Shown here in pieces: positions 38,483-48,280 of a stretch of 64,000 nucleotides of DNA (within the stretch, counting starts at the first letter, position 1; every line of letters starts with the position of its first letter). Below the pieces are notes generated by a model that saw only the letters and a program-made list of their open reading frames with translations, was not told the DNA's origin and searched no databases. Made by a program: the position numbers and the translations under genes. This DNA is from a bacterium UBP13_UBA5359 (GTDB lineage Bacteria; UBP13; UBA5359): contig DHPR01000004.1 of assembly GCA_002410925.1 (NCBI GenBank), forward strand, positions 1 to 64,000. Direction: 5' to 3'.

Positions 38483-39265
38483 TTGGAAGGCGAATTAGGG
38501 CTGGCCGGAGTGGCCACCTGGCATAATCATACCGGGGATGAAGATTTTTCATATTGCGCTGATAAGAACCTGGCGTTAGATGAATATGCACGGCTATTGA
38601 ATGAATCACCATGGGAACGTATGGCAGTCACCGATCATGCCTTTGCCCTGGCTTTACCTAAAGAAGTGGCCTGGGCCTGGGAATGGTACTGGGAGCCCGC
38701 CATTTATGATGATTACCGTGATTATCGGCTAAAAAAAACGGAGCGCTATCTTAAGAAGCTGGATAATATCTCTGATGGACGTATGCTTAAGGGTATAGAA
38801 GCCGAAGTTATGAGGGATGGACGTCTTAGTTGTGATCCGGAGTTCAGAGAGGACTTTCAGGTATTGATAGGAGCTGTTCATTATCTTCCGCTCGTTGAAG
38901 CAGGAGAGGATAAAATTCTGCAAGAATTCATTTTTCAGACGGAGAGACTATGGCAGCATAAGGTTCATATACTGGCGCATCCCACCAGAATTCTGGAAGC
39001 CCGGAAGCTCCCTGTTCCCGAAGATCTGCTGGATTTTATTGTGCAAGGGTGCAGGGCTTCCGGCGTTGCTCTGGAGATCAATTCACATGTCCCGTCCAAG
39101 CATGACGGTATGTTATTACAGAAGTGCCTGGCATCATCCACGGCGGTGGCTCTGGGAACGGATACACATCATATAGATGAATTTTTTGACGGCGGCCTAT
39201 ACTTTGCCGGGTTGCTTAAAGATGTGAACCATCAGGCGCTGGAGAGGATACTATTCCAGGCCTGA
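38483..39265 (+). CDS. PHP-domain metal-dependent phosphoesterase
   Basis: HNHT, TDHA, GIEAE, GAVH, AHP, LEINS and GTDTHH motifs. Confidence 0.8.
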   Translation: MEGELGLAGVATWHNHTGDEDFSYCADKNLALDEYARLLNESPWERMAVTDHAFALALPKEVAWAWEWYWEPAIYDDYRDYRLKKTERYLKKLDNISDGRMLKGIEAEVMRDGRLSCDPEFREDFQVLIGAVHYLPLVEAGEDKILQEFIFQTERLWQHKVHILAHPTRILEARKLPVPEDLLDFIVQGCRASGVALEINSHVPSKHDGMLLQKCLASSTAVALGTDTHHIDEFFDGGLYFAGLLKDVNHQALERILFQA

Positions 39266-39295
39266 GGGTTCTGTTTACAGAAAGAGTGGTGAAGG

Positions 39296-40447
39296 ATGTT
39301 GCGTAAGGGAGATATTAGGGAAATACTATCTCCGATAGCTTTAGGCAGTATGCGTTTTCCTCATAAAGAGAGTGCAATAGAAACGGTGGCAGCCTGCTTG
39401 AAGGCCGGAGTCAATTATGTGGATTGTTCTCCGGTTTATGGCTATTTATCGGAAGAGGAAAACTCCGAGTCTTGGGTAGGCGAAGCTCTTGCAGGCTGTC
39501 GGGAGGCTATCTTTCTTTCGACCAAGTGCAGCCCGGGAAACGGCGGCCTGGAGATAGGCGAAGAGTTTCAGCCTTGTAAGGGTTTTGGCGTGCGCAGTGC
39601 CGAGCAGTTACGTCAGGTGATGGAACAATCCAGGCGGAGGCTGAAAACAGACCATTTTGACGGCTATCATCTCTGGACAGTTCATAATATAACCCAGATG
39701 AAAGAGGCTTATAAGCCCGGGGGATGGATGGAAGAGGCCCGTAGGGCCAAGGCTGCCGGTATGTTCGACTATCTGGGCGTAACCACTCATGCCGATTCAG
39801 CTACGATCGTAGAGTTTTTAAAGACAGGTGATTTTGAGATGGTCACACTGCCTTATCATTTATTGGATAGTACCCGAGAGGAGGCAGTGCGCTGGGCTGG
39901 AGCGCATGGCATCGCTGTGCTGGCCATGAATCCTCTGGCCGGAGGGCTTTTGGTTGGAAATGCGGAAACCGTGACGGCGGTTTTTGGCGATATGGGTATA
40001 GCGGGTCCTGTTGAGCTGGCATTGAATTTTATTCTCTCCACGCCAGGCATGACTTCGGCCCTTTGCGGCATGACCTTAGCCTCTCAGGTGACGGATAATA
40101 CTGCTGCTGTTGCGCGATCGCGATGGGGAAAGGCTGAACGGAAAGAGATAGTGCGCCGTTTCAAGAGCATGGGCGCCGATGCCGGTATCGGTATTTGCAC
40201 GGGATGCGGCTATTGTAGCCCATGCCCTCAGGGGCTGAACATTCCTCGCATTCTAAGGGCTCATAATGCTTATTATGTGCTGCGGTTGGGAGAGATGGCT
40301 GTTCAGAGTTACCGGAAAACAGCGGCTCGGGAAGAGGCATACAATGCTTCAAATTGCCTGGCCTGCGGTGTTTGTGAGACGAGATGCCCCAATTCTTTGC
40401 CGGTAAGCCGCATGATGTCTCGGTTAAGTCGGTCAGATAAAGAGTAA
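39296..40447 (+). CDS. Aldo/keto reductase with C-terminal 4Fe-4S dicluster
   Basis: LGSMRF, D...VYG, STK, MNPLAGG; CTGCGYCSPCP and CLACGVCETRCP. Confidence 0.9.
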   Translation: MLRKGDIREILSPIALGSMRFPHKESAIETVAACLKAGVNYVDCSPVYGYLSEEENSESWVGEALAGCREAIFLSTKCSPGNGGLEIGEEFQPCKGFGVRSAEQLRQVMEQSRRRLKTDHFDGYHLWTVHNITQMKEAYKPGGWMEEARRAKAAGMFDYLGVTTHADSATIVEFLKTGDFEMVTLPYHLLDSTREEAVRWAGAHGIAVLAMNPLAGGLLVGNAETVTAVFGDMGIAGPVELALNFILSTPGMTSALCGMTLASQVTDNTAAVARSRWGKAERKEIVRRFKSMGADAGIGICTGCGYCSPCPQGLNIPRILRAHNAYYVLRLGEMAVQSYRKTAAREEAYNASNCLACGVCETRCPNSLPVSRMMSRLSRSDKE

Positions 40448-40537
40448 GAGCAGGCAATCAAGCATAATCGACTTTTAATTCATTCAGATAACCCTGCGTA
40501 AAGGGGATATGACCGGGTGTTAAAGAGGTAACACTCA

Positions 40538-40566
40538 TTGACATGAGAAAACACCGGGGATATACT
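40538..40566 (+). promoter_or_regulatory. Near-consensus sigma70 promoter
   Basis: TTGACA - 17 nt - TATACT. Confidence 0.8.
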
Positions 40567-40693
40567 TTGCTTGCCGAGAGCATGATTCGGCATGAAGCTT
40601 TCTCCTGCTTTTCTTTTCATAGCAGGAGAGCTGCCTTTGCGAAGCAGCATGCAACGGCGATTATGAAATATTGCTGCATTATGAGGTGTTTTT

Positions 40694-42529
40694 TTGTCTG
40701 CCGGACAGAGATTTCTCAATGAGATAGAAGAAAGGATACTTGTTGGGGACGGCGCCATCGGTACGGAGCTCTTTGCCCGCGGCGCTGTACATGACAGGGG
40801 GATAGAGCGTTTGAACCTGCTCTCTCCTGACACGGTTCTGGCTCTGCATGCCGATTACGTGGCTGCCGGAAGTAGGGTTATTGAAACCAATACCTTTGCC
40901 GCTAACAGGCTGCAGCTATCAATTTACGGGGCGGAATGTGAACAGAGGGAGATTATCCTGGCCGGTGTTCGTTTGGCTCGGGAAGCTGCTGGGGATAAGG
41001 CCTACGTAGCCGGCTCTGTCGGCCCTCTGCCTACCGTAGAGGGTGAGCCTGTCAGCACGCAAGATCGGCAGGAAATCTTCCAGGAGCAGATCGCTCTCCT
41101 GATTGAGGGCGGCGTGGACATACTTATACTGGAAAGCTTTTCAGATTTAACGGAGATGCTGGCAGCTTTGAATACGGCAGGCAATATATCAAAAATTCCT
41201 GTGGTGGCTCAGATGGCCTTTGAAGCCGGCGGCCGGTTGGTCGGTGGTGAAGAACCGGAGGAAGTTTTGAAGCATTGCCGTGCAGCCGGAGCGAATATCG
41301 TGGGGGCAAATTGCGGCTATGGCATACCATCCATTGCAGCAGCCATCAGAGGTATGTCCGGCCACGGAGTTCCACTCAGTGCCTATATAAATGCCGGTTT
41401 CCCCGAGCAGGTAGAGGGAAGGCAGCTGTATCCGGCTGATCCTAGATATCTGGCTCGCCGGGCGGTAGATCTGACCGGCCGAGGCGTCCATCTTATAGGA
41501 GGGTGCTGCGGCACGGGGCCGGATACTATACAGGCCATAGCTGCTGCTGTCGCCGGCGGCCAACCAGGCGTTACCCGGCTATCCTTCGTTTCCAAGCCGG
41601 GAAAGCACAAAGATGTAAAGAGGCAAAGGCCTGAGGAGCCGAAGGAATTTTTCATTGAGAGGGCTGTATTCCCTCTGTTAGTAGAATTGGATCCGCCGGC
41701 CGATCTGGATATGGATGCTTACACTGCCAATGTAGAAGCTCTTAAAAAAGAAGGAGCTACCGCTGTTACTGTAGCAGACAATCCTATGGCCTCCGTGCAA
41801 CCCGATTCCATCAGCATAGCCGGGTTGTTGCAGCAACGGACAGGGCTGCCTGTGTTGCCGCATCTTTGCGGCCGTGATCGTAACCGCCTGGCATTGCAAT
41901 CGGCGGTAATGGGTGCCCATCTGCTGGGTATAAGGGCATTGCTCTGTGTTACCGGCGATCCTGTTCGCATGTGTAATGAACCTAATACTTCCGGCGTTTT
42001 TGATCTCAATTCCATCAGCCTGGTTCGTTTGATAGCTGAATTCAATGCCGGTCGCCTTAAAAGCGATGTCAGGACTGCTTTCTCCATCGGCGTAGCGCTT
42101 AATCCCAATATCCACAGCCTGAACGGACAGATACGTAAGCTGCAGCGCAAAGTGGAGGCCGGAGCGCAGTTTGCCCTGACACAACCTCTTTTTGAGGAAA
42201 GCGTGCTTGATGCATTGCAACAGGCCATGGCTGCCTCTGAACTGAAAATTCCCGTTTATATAGGCATATTACCTCTGGTCTCTGCCAGAAACGCTGATTT
42301 CCTGCATAATGAAGTTCCGGGCATATCTGTGCCGGATGAAGTACGACAGCGTATGTCCGCTTATGATAAAACCTCAGATCAATGTGCAGCCGGTATGGAG
42401 ATGATGTCCGATTTGATCGTAAAGCTTTCTTCTCGGGTTGACGGCTTTTACTTTATCACTCCCCGCAAGCGTATTGAACTAATTTTACCGCTTATGAGAG
42501 CGGCCATGTCTGCCCGCTCTCATAGCTGA
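40694..42529 (+). CDS. yitJ: Bifunctional homocysteine S-methyltransferase / methylenetetrahydrofolate reductase (YitJ-like)
   Basis: DGAIGT, ETNTF, GANC, GGCCGTGP; C-terminal ELDPP, RDRN...LQS, TGDP and TQP. Confidence 0.9.
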   Translation: MSAGQRFLNEIEERILVGDGAIGTELFARGAVHDRGIERLNLLSPDTVLALHADYVAAGSRVIETNTFAANRLQLSIYGAECEQREIILAGVRLAREAAGDKAYVAGSVGPLPTVEGEPVSTQDRQEIFQEQIALLIEGGVDILILESFSDLTEMLAALNTAGNISKIPVVAQMAFEAGGRLVGGEEPEEVLKHCRAAGANIVGANCGYGIPSIAAAIRGMSGHGVPLSAYINAGFPEQVEGRQLYPADPRYLARRAVDLTGRGVHLIGGCCGTGPDTIQAIAAAVAGGQPGVTRLSFVSKPGKHKDVKRQRPEEPKEFFIERAVFPLLVELDPPADLDMDAYTANVEALKKEGATAVTVADNPMASVQPDSISIAGLLQQRTGLPVLPHLCGRDRNRLALQSAVMGAHLLGIRALLCVTGDPVRMCNEPNTSGVFDLNSISLVRLIAEFNAGRLKSDVRTAFSIGVALNPNIHSLNGQIRKLQRKVEAGAQFALTQPLFEESVLDALQQAMAASELKIPVYIGILPLVSARNADFLHNEVPGISVPDEVRQRMSAYDKTSDQCAAGMEMMSDLIVKLSSRVDGFYFITPRKRIELILPLMRAAMSARSHS

Positions 42530-42627
42530 TAACCGTCTGGCGCTTTGTATAATTTATTGCCGGTTTTTCATTTCTTGACCTTTCCCACAGCTTGCTTCCA
42601 GATGCGAGCTGTGAGCTTTCCTGCCGC

Positions 42628-42698
42628 TTGACAACATAGCCTGAGGATGTCAAAATAGCATAAATGGAAATGCTTTCCATTTATGCTATTTTGGCATC
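42628..42698 (+). promoter_or_regulatory. Promoter overlapped by a 25-3-25 bp inverted repeat containing a Zur/Fur-type box (42661-42683)
   Basis: TTGACA (42628) - 17 nt - TGtCAAAAT; palindrome core TAAATGGAAATGCTTTCCATTTA directly upstream of a Fur-family gene and znuACB. Confidence 0.8.
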
Positions 42699-42711
42699 TG
42701 GAGAGAATAGA

Positions 42712-43155
42712 TTGCAAAGATATATACGTATGCTTAGAGAGGGTAAATTCAAAATCACTCCCAGGAGAGAGGCTATTCTGGCCTATTTTATGAAAGAGGG
42801 TAAATATGCTACGCCTGAACAGGTCTGGAAGAAATTGCGTATCTCTCTGGGGCGCCTTGGGTTGCCTACCGTCTATCGTAATATGGAAGAGATGCACCAG
42901 CTCGGCATTTTGGTCAAGGTGGAAGGGGCTGAGAATCGCTTCTATTACGGACTGTGCCGAGCGGAAGATCCGCAGGTTCATCATCATCATATAATCTGTC
43001 AGGGATGTCGTAAGGTGCAGGAGGTTGAAGGGTGTTTGGTGGGGAGCTTATCCAAACAGATAGAAGCTAAGACGGGTTTCAAACTTACCGGCCATACGAT
43101 TTATCTTCAGGGTCTTTGCCAAAGCTGCATCACTGTCGATGGAGGAGGATTATGA
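42712..43155 (+). CDS. zur: Fur-family regulator, probably zinc uptake regulator
   Basis: TPRR.AIL, TVYRN, HHHIICQGC and C-terminal GLCQSC; heads znuACB; TTG start after GGAGAG. Confidence 0.85.
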   Translation: MQRYIRMLREGKFKITPRREAILAYFMKEGKYATPEQVWKKLRISLGRLGLPTVYRNMEEMHQLGILVKVEGAENRFYYGLCRAEDPQVHHHHIICQGCRKVQEVEGCLVGSLSKQIEAKTGFKLTGHTIYLQGLCQSCITVDGGGL

Positions 43156-44111
43156 AAAGATTTGTCTTGCCGTTCTTTGCAATTCTAATAGCAGTAGCCA
43201 TCTGGTATCCGGGAGCCTTTAGGCAATTGCCGGACAGGAAGAGATCATCCGGAATAAAGGTGGTCGCCAGCATATTCCCTCTGGCCGATATCGTTCGCCA
43301 GGTGGCGGGTGATCGAGCGGAGGTGGTTCTGTTGCTGCCGGCTGGAGCCAGCCCGCATACTTTTGAACCTACTCCCGGCCAGGTGAGTGAATTGGGCAAG
43401 GCATCTCTCTTTGTTCAGGTAGGGGCAGGGCTGGAGCTGTGGGCCGATAAGCTTATCAATGCTGTCGGCAATTCCGGCCTGAAGAGAGTAACGGCGGCAC
43501 AGGGCATCGCTTTGATAACCGGAGAGGAAGAGCATTCCGGTAGCGATGAGCATGAAGAGGAGACGGAACATGGCCATGATCACGGCAAATTCGGCAACCC
43601 GCATATCTGGCTGGATCCGGCCATAGTGTTGGGCATTGTTACCAAAATAGAGGAAGCACTGATAGAGGCGGATCCGGCCGGAGAGGATTATTATCGGAAT
43701 CGGGCAGAGCGCTATCGTCGGGAGGTAGAGTTGCTGGATAAAGAGATAGAGAGAAAAACGGCGAAGTTCGTTATTCGGGAGTTCGTTTCCTTCCACTCTT
43801 CCTGGCCGTATTTTGCCCGCCGTTACAATCTAAAGCAGGCAGGGGTTATAGAGGAAACGCCGGGACGCGAACCTACTCCGCGAGAAATAAAAGAGATCAT
43901 ATCTGTTGTGCGCAGCAGCGGCATAAAGGCCGTCTTTGCCGAGCCGCAGTTTTCCGCCTCAGCTGCCCGGGCTATCGCAGAGAATGCTGGAGCAAAGGTT
44001 CTCTTTTTGGATCCTCTGGGGGGAGACGGCATTCCCGGTTGCGACAGCTATATCAATCTCATGAGGCATAATCTTAAGATAATGAATGATGCTATGGGGC
44101 CCGGAAAGTGA
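43152..44111 (+). CDS. znuA: Zinc ABC transporter substrate-binding protein
   Basis: SPHTFEP, His/Glu-rich loop, NPHIWLDP, FHSSW.YFA and LDPLG. Confidence 0.88.
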   Translation: MKRFVLPFFAILIAVAIWYPGAFRQLPDRKRSSGIKVVASIFPLADIVRQVAGDRAEVVLLLPAGASPHTFEPTPGQVSELGKASLFVQVGAGLELWADKLINAVGNSGLKRVTAAQGIALITGEEEHSGSDEHEEETEHGHDHGKFGNPHIWLDPAIVLGIVTKIEEALIEADPAGEDYYRNRAERYRREVELLDKEIERKTAKFVIREFVSFHSSWPYFARRYNLKQAGVIEETPGREPTPREIKEIISVVRSSGIKAVFAEPQFSASAARAIAENAGAKVLFLDPLGGDGIPGCDSYINLMRHNLKIMNDAMGPGK

Positions 44112-44893
44112 AAGTTCTGGAAATAAATAATCTGACGGTTGTTCGTGACGGCACAGTGATTCTGGACAATATCAATTTGGAGCTGGAAGAGGGGCAGTCT
44201 CTGGCTGTCATTGGCCCCAACGGTGGCGGCAAGACCACTCTGGTCAAAACCATCCTGGGGTTGCTGCAGCCCCAGGCCGGGTCCATCAGGATTATGGGAC
44301 TGCCTCCCGAAAGCGTTATCCGAAAGAGACCTGGAACGATAGGCTATGTAGCTCAAAGAGCCTTTTACGATCCTGATTTTCCCGTCTCCGCTCTGGATGT
44401 GGTGATGATGGGCAAATATGGCAAGATAGGTCTTCTGCGTCCCGTCGGCAGAAAGGATAGGGAAGAGGCTCTCTCCTGTCTGGAAACGGTAGGCATGGCT
44501 AATTTTGCCTTCAGGCCCATCGGTCAGCTTTCCGGCGGACAGCAGCAGCGGATCATGATCGCCCGTAGTTTGATAATCCATCCCAGAATGCTTATACTGG
44601 ACGAGCCTACCAGTGGAGTGGATGCCGGCTCTCAGGAGAATTTCTATCGCCTGTTGCGTAATCTACAGTCCGCTCTGTCGCTCTCTATTATTCAAGTTTC
44701 TCACGATATAGCCCTGGTACCCTCTTACAGCGATCAGGTGGCCTGCCTCAACAAGCAACTCTTTCTGCACGGCAAGCCGGATGATGTTATGCACAGCGAC
44801 ATCCTGAAGCAAGCTTACGGCTGTCAGGTAGAGTTTCTCTTTCACGGCACCATGCCGCATCGAACGGTTGAGGAGCATAGGGAGACATCATGA
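44108..44893 (+). CDS. znuC: Zinc ABC transporter ATP-binding protein
   Basis: GPNGGGKTT, LSGGQQQR, LDEPT, VSHD and CLN. Confidence 0.88.
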   Translation: MKVLEINNLTVVRDGTVILDNINLELEEGQSLAVIGPNGGGKTTLVKTILGLLQPQAGSIRIMGLPPESVIRKRPGTIGYVAQRAFYDPDFPVSALDVVMMGKYGKIGLLRPVGRKDREEALSCLETVGMANFAFRPIGQLSGGQQQRIMIARSLIIHPRMLILDEPTSGVDAGSQENFYRLLRNLQSALSLSIIQVSHDIALVPSYSDQVACLNKQLFLHGKPDDVMHSDILKQAYGCQVEFLFHGTMPHRTVEEHRETS

Positions 44894-45705
44894 TAGAGTT
44901 GTTATCTTATCAATTTATGCAGCGAGCGCTGGCGGCCGGAATAATTATCAGTCTGGTCTGTGGAATACTCTCCTTCTTTGTAGTGCTGCGGCGGCTCTCT
45001 TTTATAGGCGTCGGGCTCTCCCATGCTGCTTTCGGAGGAGTTGCCCTGGGGTTCTTTTTAGGCGTGGAGCCAACCTGGACGGCTATAGGATTCTGCGTGG
45101 CTATCGCTCTGCTGATAGGAATGATCAAGCATAAGGGTAAAATACAAGAGGATACCGCCATCGGTATCTTCTTTGCCGCCAATATGGCCTTCGGCATTAT
45201 GCTTATAGGGCTTAGTCATCGCTATAATGTCGATCTCTTCGGCTACCTTTTCGGCAACATACTGGCTATAACCGCCTATGATTTAAAAATGATAACCGTG
45301 GTCGGTTCTCTGGTGCTGGTGATAACGGCTCTCTTCTTTAAAGAGCTGCTTTTCTGCAGCTTTGATGAAGAAATGGCCGGCATTTGCAGTATTCCAGCCG
45401 TTCCGCTTAACTACCTCTTTATGGTTCTGCTCTCTCTGGTGATTGTGGTATCGATCAAGGTGGTAGGTATAGTCCTGGTCTCCGCTCTGCTGGTTATTCC
45501 TGCTGCTGCCGGTCGGCAGTTCAGCTCCAATTACCGCGGCATGCTGCTGGCCTCTGTATTGGTAGGGTTGTTGTCGGCTTTAGGCGGACTTTTCCTTTCC
45601 TACCGCTTCGATCTGCCGTCCGGCTCCACCATAGTCCTGCTAGCCACGTTTATCTTTGGATTATCTTTTTTGTGGCGGTTGTGGGGGCCAACTCTTTACA
45701 CTTGA
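44890..45705 (+). CDS. znuB: Zinc ABC transporter permease
   Basis: ABC-3 pattern: LSHAAFGG, YLFGNIL, SFDEE and VG.VLVSALL.IP. Confidence 0.88.
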   Translation: MIELLSYQFMQRALAAGIIISLVCGILSFFVVLRRLSFIGVGLSHAAFGGVALGFFLGVEPTWTAIGFCVAIALLIGMIKHKGKIQEDTAIGIFFAANMAFGIMLIGLSHRYNVDLFGYLFGNILAITAYDLKMITVVGSLVLVITALFFKELLFCSFDEEMAGICSIPAVPLNYLFMVLLSLVIVVSIKVVGIVLVSALLVIPAAAGRQFSSNYRGMLLASVLVGLLSALGGLFLSYRFDLPSGSTIVLLATFIFGLSFLWRLWGPTLYT

Positions 45706-45739
45706 CAGAGGGTATGCTCGATGATACCCTGCGCGTGTT

Positions 45740-45919
45740 ATGGCAAGGCCGATAAGAGAGGAATACCCCAATGCAGGTTATCATGTAACAGCCAGAGGCA
45801 ACGAGAAGAGAGCCATCTATCGTGATGATATTAAGTTCTGTTCGGAGTTTCTAACCCTGCCGCTGTTTGGATACAAAATTCTGGCGGCAGAGAGAGCTCT
45901 GAATACTACGTTGCCATGA
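45740..45919 (+). mobile_element. Truncated REP-associated tyrosine transposase (RAYT, IS200/Y1 family) N-terminal remnant, 59 aa
   Basis: MARPIREEYPNAGYHVTARGNEKRAIYRDD...EFL resembles the RAYT N-terminus; no HUH motif or catalytic Tyr follows; below the ORF-track cutoff. Confidence 0.75.
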
Positions 45920-46658
45920 TGACGGAGATACCCGCTGCTTCCAGATTCGCCCTGTCCTCTGCAGAAAGGCCGTTGTCCGTAACAACGGCATACACCTGAT
46001 TCAGCGTGGCATATCGCGAGAAAGCACGCCTCCCAAACTTGCTGCTCTCCGTTACCACAACCACCTGGTTGGCTATACCCACCATTGCCTTCTCCAGGTT
46101 GGCCACGTGCATATCTGCCGTATAGAATCCATCATTGCTTACGGCGCCGTCACAGCCTATGAACAGCATATCAACATGGAACTGCTTAAGTATCTGCTCT
46201 GTGATGGGGCCGTAAGTGCCGGGAAAATTTTTGCGCAAAAAACCTCCAAGCAAGAGCACATTTATATCCGACCCGTAGAGCGCCTGCGCCACGCATAGAG
46301 AGGTTGTCGCCACCGTTATCCCGGCCCCTTGCGACAGGTGCATGGCGGTAGACAGTGCAGTAGTGCCGCTGTCTACCGCAATAGTCTGCCCGCCCGATAC
46401 CAGGGCTGCCGCCGCCGCACCTATAGCAGATTTTGATGGTGAGACGGAATAATCCGGAAAACCCTCCTGCAAAAACCGGAGCTTGCCTGCAGAAATACCG
46501 CCGCCGTGCGTGCGGATGATAAGGCCTTTATTCTGAAGGCGGTCCAGATCACGGCGGATAGTCATCTGAGAGACGCCAAACAGCCCGGCCAAATCTTTAA
46601 CGTTTATACCGTTATTGTTTTTAACCAATTCTATGATTTTAGCCTGCCGTTCGTTCAT
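45906..46658 (-). CDS. DeoR/GlpR-family transcriptional regulator
   Basis: VSQMTIRRDL HTH, RTHGG, DSGTT and SSKFG. Confidence 0.93.
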   Translation of the reverse strand: MNERQAKIIELVKNNNGINVKDLAGLFGVSQMTIRRDLDRLQNKGLIIRTHGGGISAGKLRFLQEGFPDYSVSPSKSAIGAAAAALVSGGQTIAVDSGTTALSTAMHLSQGAGITVATTSLCVAQALYGSDINVLLLGGFLRKNFPGTYGPITEQILKQFHVDMLFIGCDGAVSNDGFYTADMHVANLEKAMVGIANQVVVVTESSKFGRRAFSRYATLNQVYAVVTDNGLSAEDRANLEAAGISVIMAT

Positions 46659-46713
46659 GCATATACCTCTTTACTGTGTGCGAACTATCAGTTAATGTGC
46701 AAATCGCACAATA

Positions 46714-46742
46714 AGAGTAACAGCTCTTAAACAATATGTCAA
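46714..46742 (-). promoter_or_regulatory. Promoter of the deoR gene
   Basis: Minus strand TTGACA - 17 nt - TGtTACTCT. Confidence 0.6.
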
Positions 46743-46804
46743 GTCCAAAAATCCGAATGTTAGCCTAGTTATAAGAAAATTTAACATTTGGCTGATAGTA
46801 CCTA

Positions 46805-46833
46805 TTGACAACAACAGCTGTTAGTGATAGCAT
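46805..46833 (+). promoter_or_regulatory. Promoter of the catabolic operon with palindrome AACAGCTGTT in the spacer
   Basis: TTGACA - 17 nt - TGaTAGCAT. Confidence 0.65.
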
Positions 46834-46885
46834 TAGGACACCAATTAGCACATAATCGAACATCGGCAGAATGGAGTTGTGTATC

Positions 46886-48250
46886 ATGGCAAATAATAAT
46901 TACTGGGCGTATGTAGCGCCATCAAGCATCCCCAACATTGTCACAGATGTTCCGGGCCCTAAATCCCGAGAATACAACGCAAGAGGGATGAAATACATGA
47001 TCGGCTACTCCAGCCAGGTCACGCTCTGCCCAGTAGTATTTGACAGGGGACACGGAGTAACGCTTACAGATGTGGATGGCAACACATACATAGATTTTTC
47101 CAGCGGCATATACGTTACCACGCTGGGGCACTGCCACCCCAAGATAAGCGAGGCCGTGGCGCGCCATGCCAAAAATCTTATGAACTGCCATGATTTCAAC
47201 ACGCCGGTAAAGGTGGAGCTGTTAGAGAAGCTGGCGCAGGTTCAGCCCTGGGATCTCACCGGCATGCAGCTTTATGATAGCGGCACTACTGCCGTAGAGG
47301 CCGGGATAAGGGTATGCCGTGCGGCCACTGGAAAGTCCGAGTTTATCTCCTGCTTCATGGATTTCCACGGCAAGAGCGGCCATTCTGTGAGCTGCGGCAA
47401 AATGAACGCCACCAACGGAGGCGGCCGCAGTCAAGGGTTCTACATGGTTCCCCGTCCGTACCCCTACAGGCCCATGTTTACAAAGGCAAATGGTGATATA
47501 GACACGGACGCATACATCAACTTCTTCGGCGAGTTTATAGAATACGCCACCACGGGGAACATTGCGGCCTTCGTTCTGGAGCCGGTGCAGGGATGGGCGG
47601 GTTCCGTCTTCCCGCCGGACGATTTCTTCCCCAAGCTGCGCAAATTCTGCGATGAGAGGGGCATCCTTCTAATGGCGGACGAGGTGCTCACCGGCATGGG
47701 GCGTACCGGAAAATATTTCTGCATGGAACACTGGGATGCCCGCCCGGATGTAGTAACGGTGGGGAAGGGGTTCGGCAACGGATTCCCCGTCACCGGAATG
47801 CTGGTCTCGGAGCGGTACAAAGAGAGCATCAACAAAATATCTGCCTCCACCAGCTATGGCGGCAACCCAATGGCCTGCGCTGCCGCACTTGCAAGCATAG
47901 AGGTCATAGAAGAAGAGAACCTGCTTGATAACGCGCTTATGCTGGGCGAATACTTTGACAGGCGCATGGCAGAGATCAAAAACAATCATCCCATAGTGGG
48001 GGATGTTCGTGGAAAGGGTTGCCTGCAGGGGATAGAACTTGTAAAAGACCGCGCCACGAAGGAACCGTTCCCAGACGCGGGGAAGTTAGTATATCAGAAG
48101 GCATTTGCAAAGGGACTTGCCTGGGTACCGGCCGGACACATCCTTCGCATGTCGCCGCCCATTATAATGGATATAGATGTTGCCGCAAAAGGCATGGATA
48201 TAATAGAAGAATCCATAGCTGAGACCGAGAAGGAACTGGGATACTGCTAG
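46886..48250 (+). CDS. Class III PLP-dependent aminotransferase
   Basis: DVDGN.YIDF, FHG, EPVQG, DEVLTGMGRTG, GKG (PLP lysine) and STSYGGNP. Confidence 0.92.
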   Translation: MANNNYWAYVAPSSIPNIVTDVPGPKSREYNARGMKYMIGYSSQVTLCPVVFDRGHGVTLTDVDGNTYIDFSSGIYVTTLGHCHPKISEAVARHAKNLMNCHDFNTPVKVELLEKLAQVQPWDLTGMQLYDSGTTAVEAGIRVCRAATGKSEFISCFMDFHGKSGHSVSCGKMNATNGGGRSQGFYMVPRPYPYRPMFTKANGDIDTDAYINFFGEFIEYATTGNIAAFVLEPVQGWAGSVFPPDDFFPKLRKFCDERGILLMADEVLTGMGRTGKYFCMEHWDARPDVVTVGKGFGNGFPVTGMLVSERYKESINKISASTSYGGNPMACAAALASIEVIEEENLLDNALMLGEYFDRRMAEIKNNHPIVGDVRGKGCLQGIELVKDRATKEPFPDAGKLVYQKAFAKGLAWVPAGHILRMSPPIIMDIDVAAKGMDIIEESIAETEKELGYC

Positions 48251-48280
48251 TTGCATTAAAGCATTTGCACGGAGAAAGAG

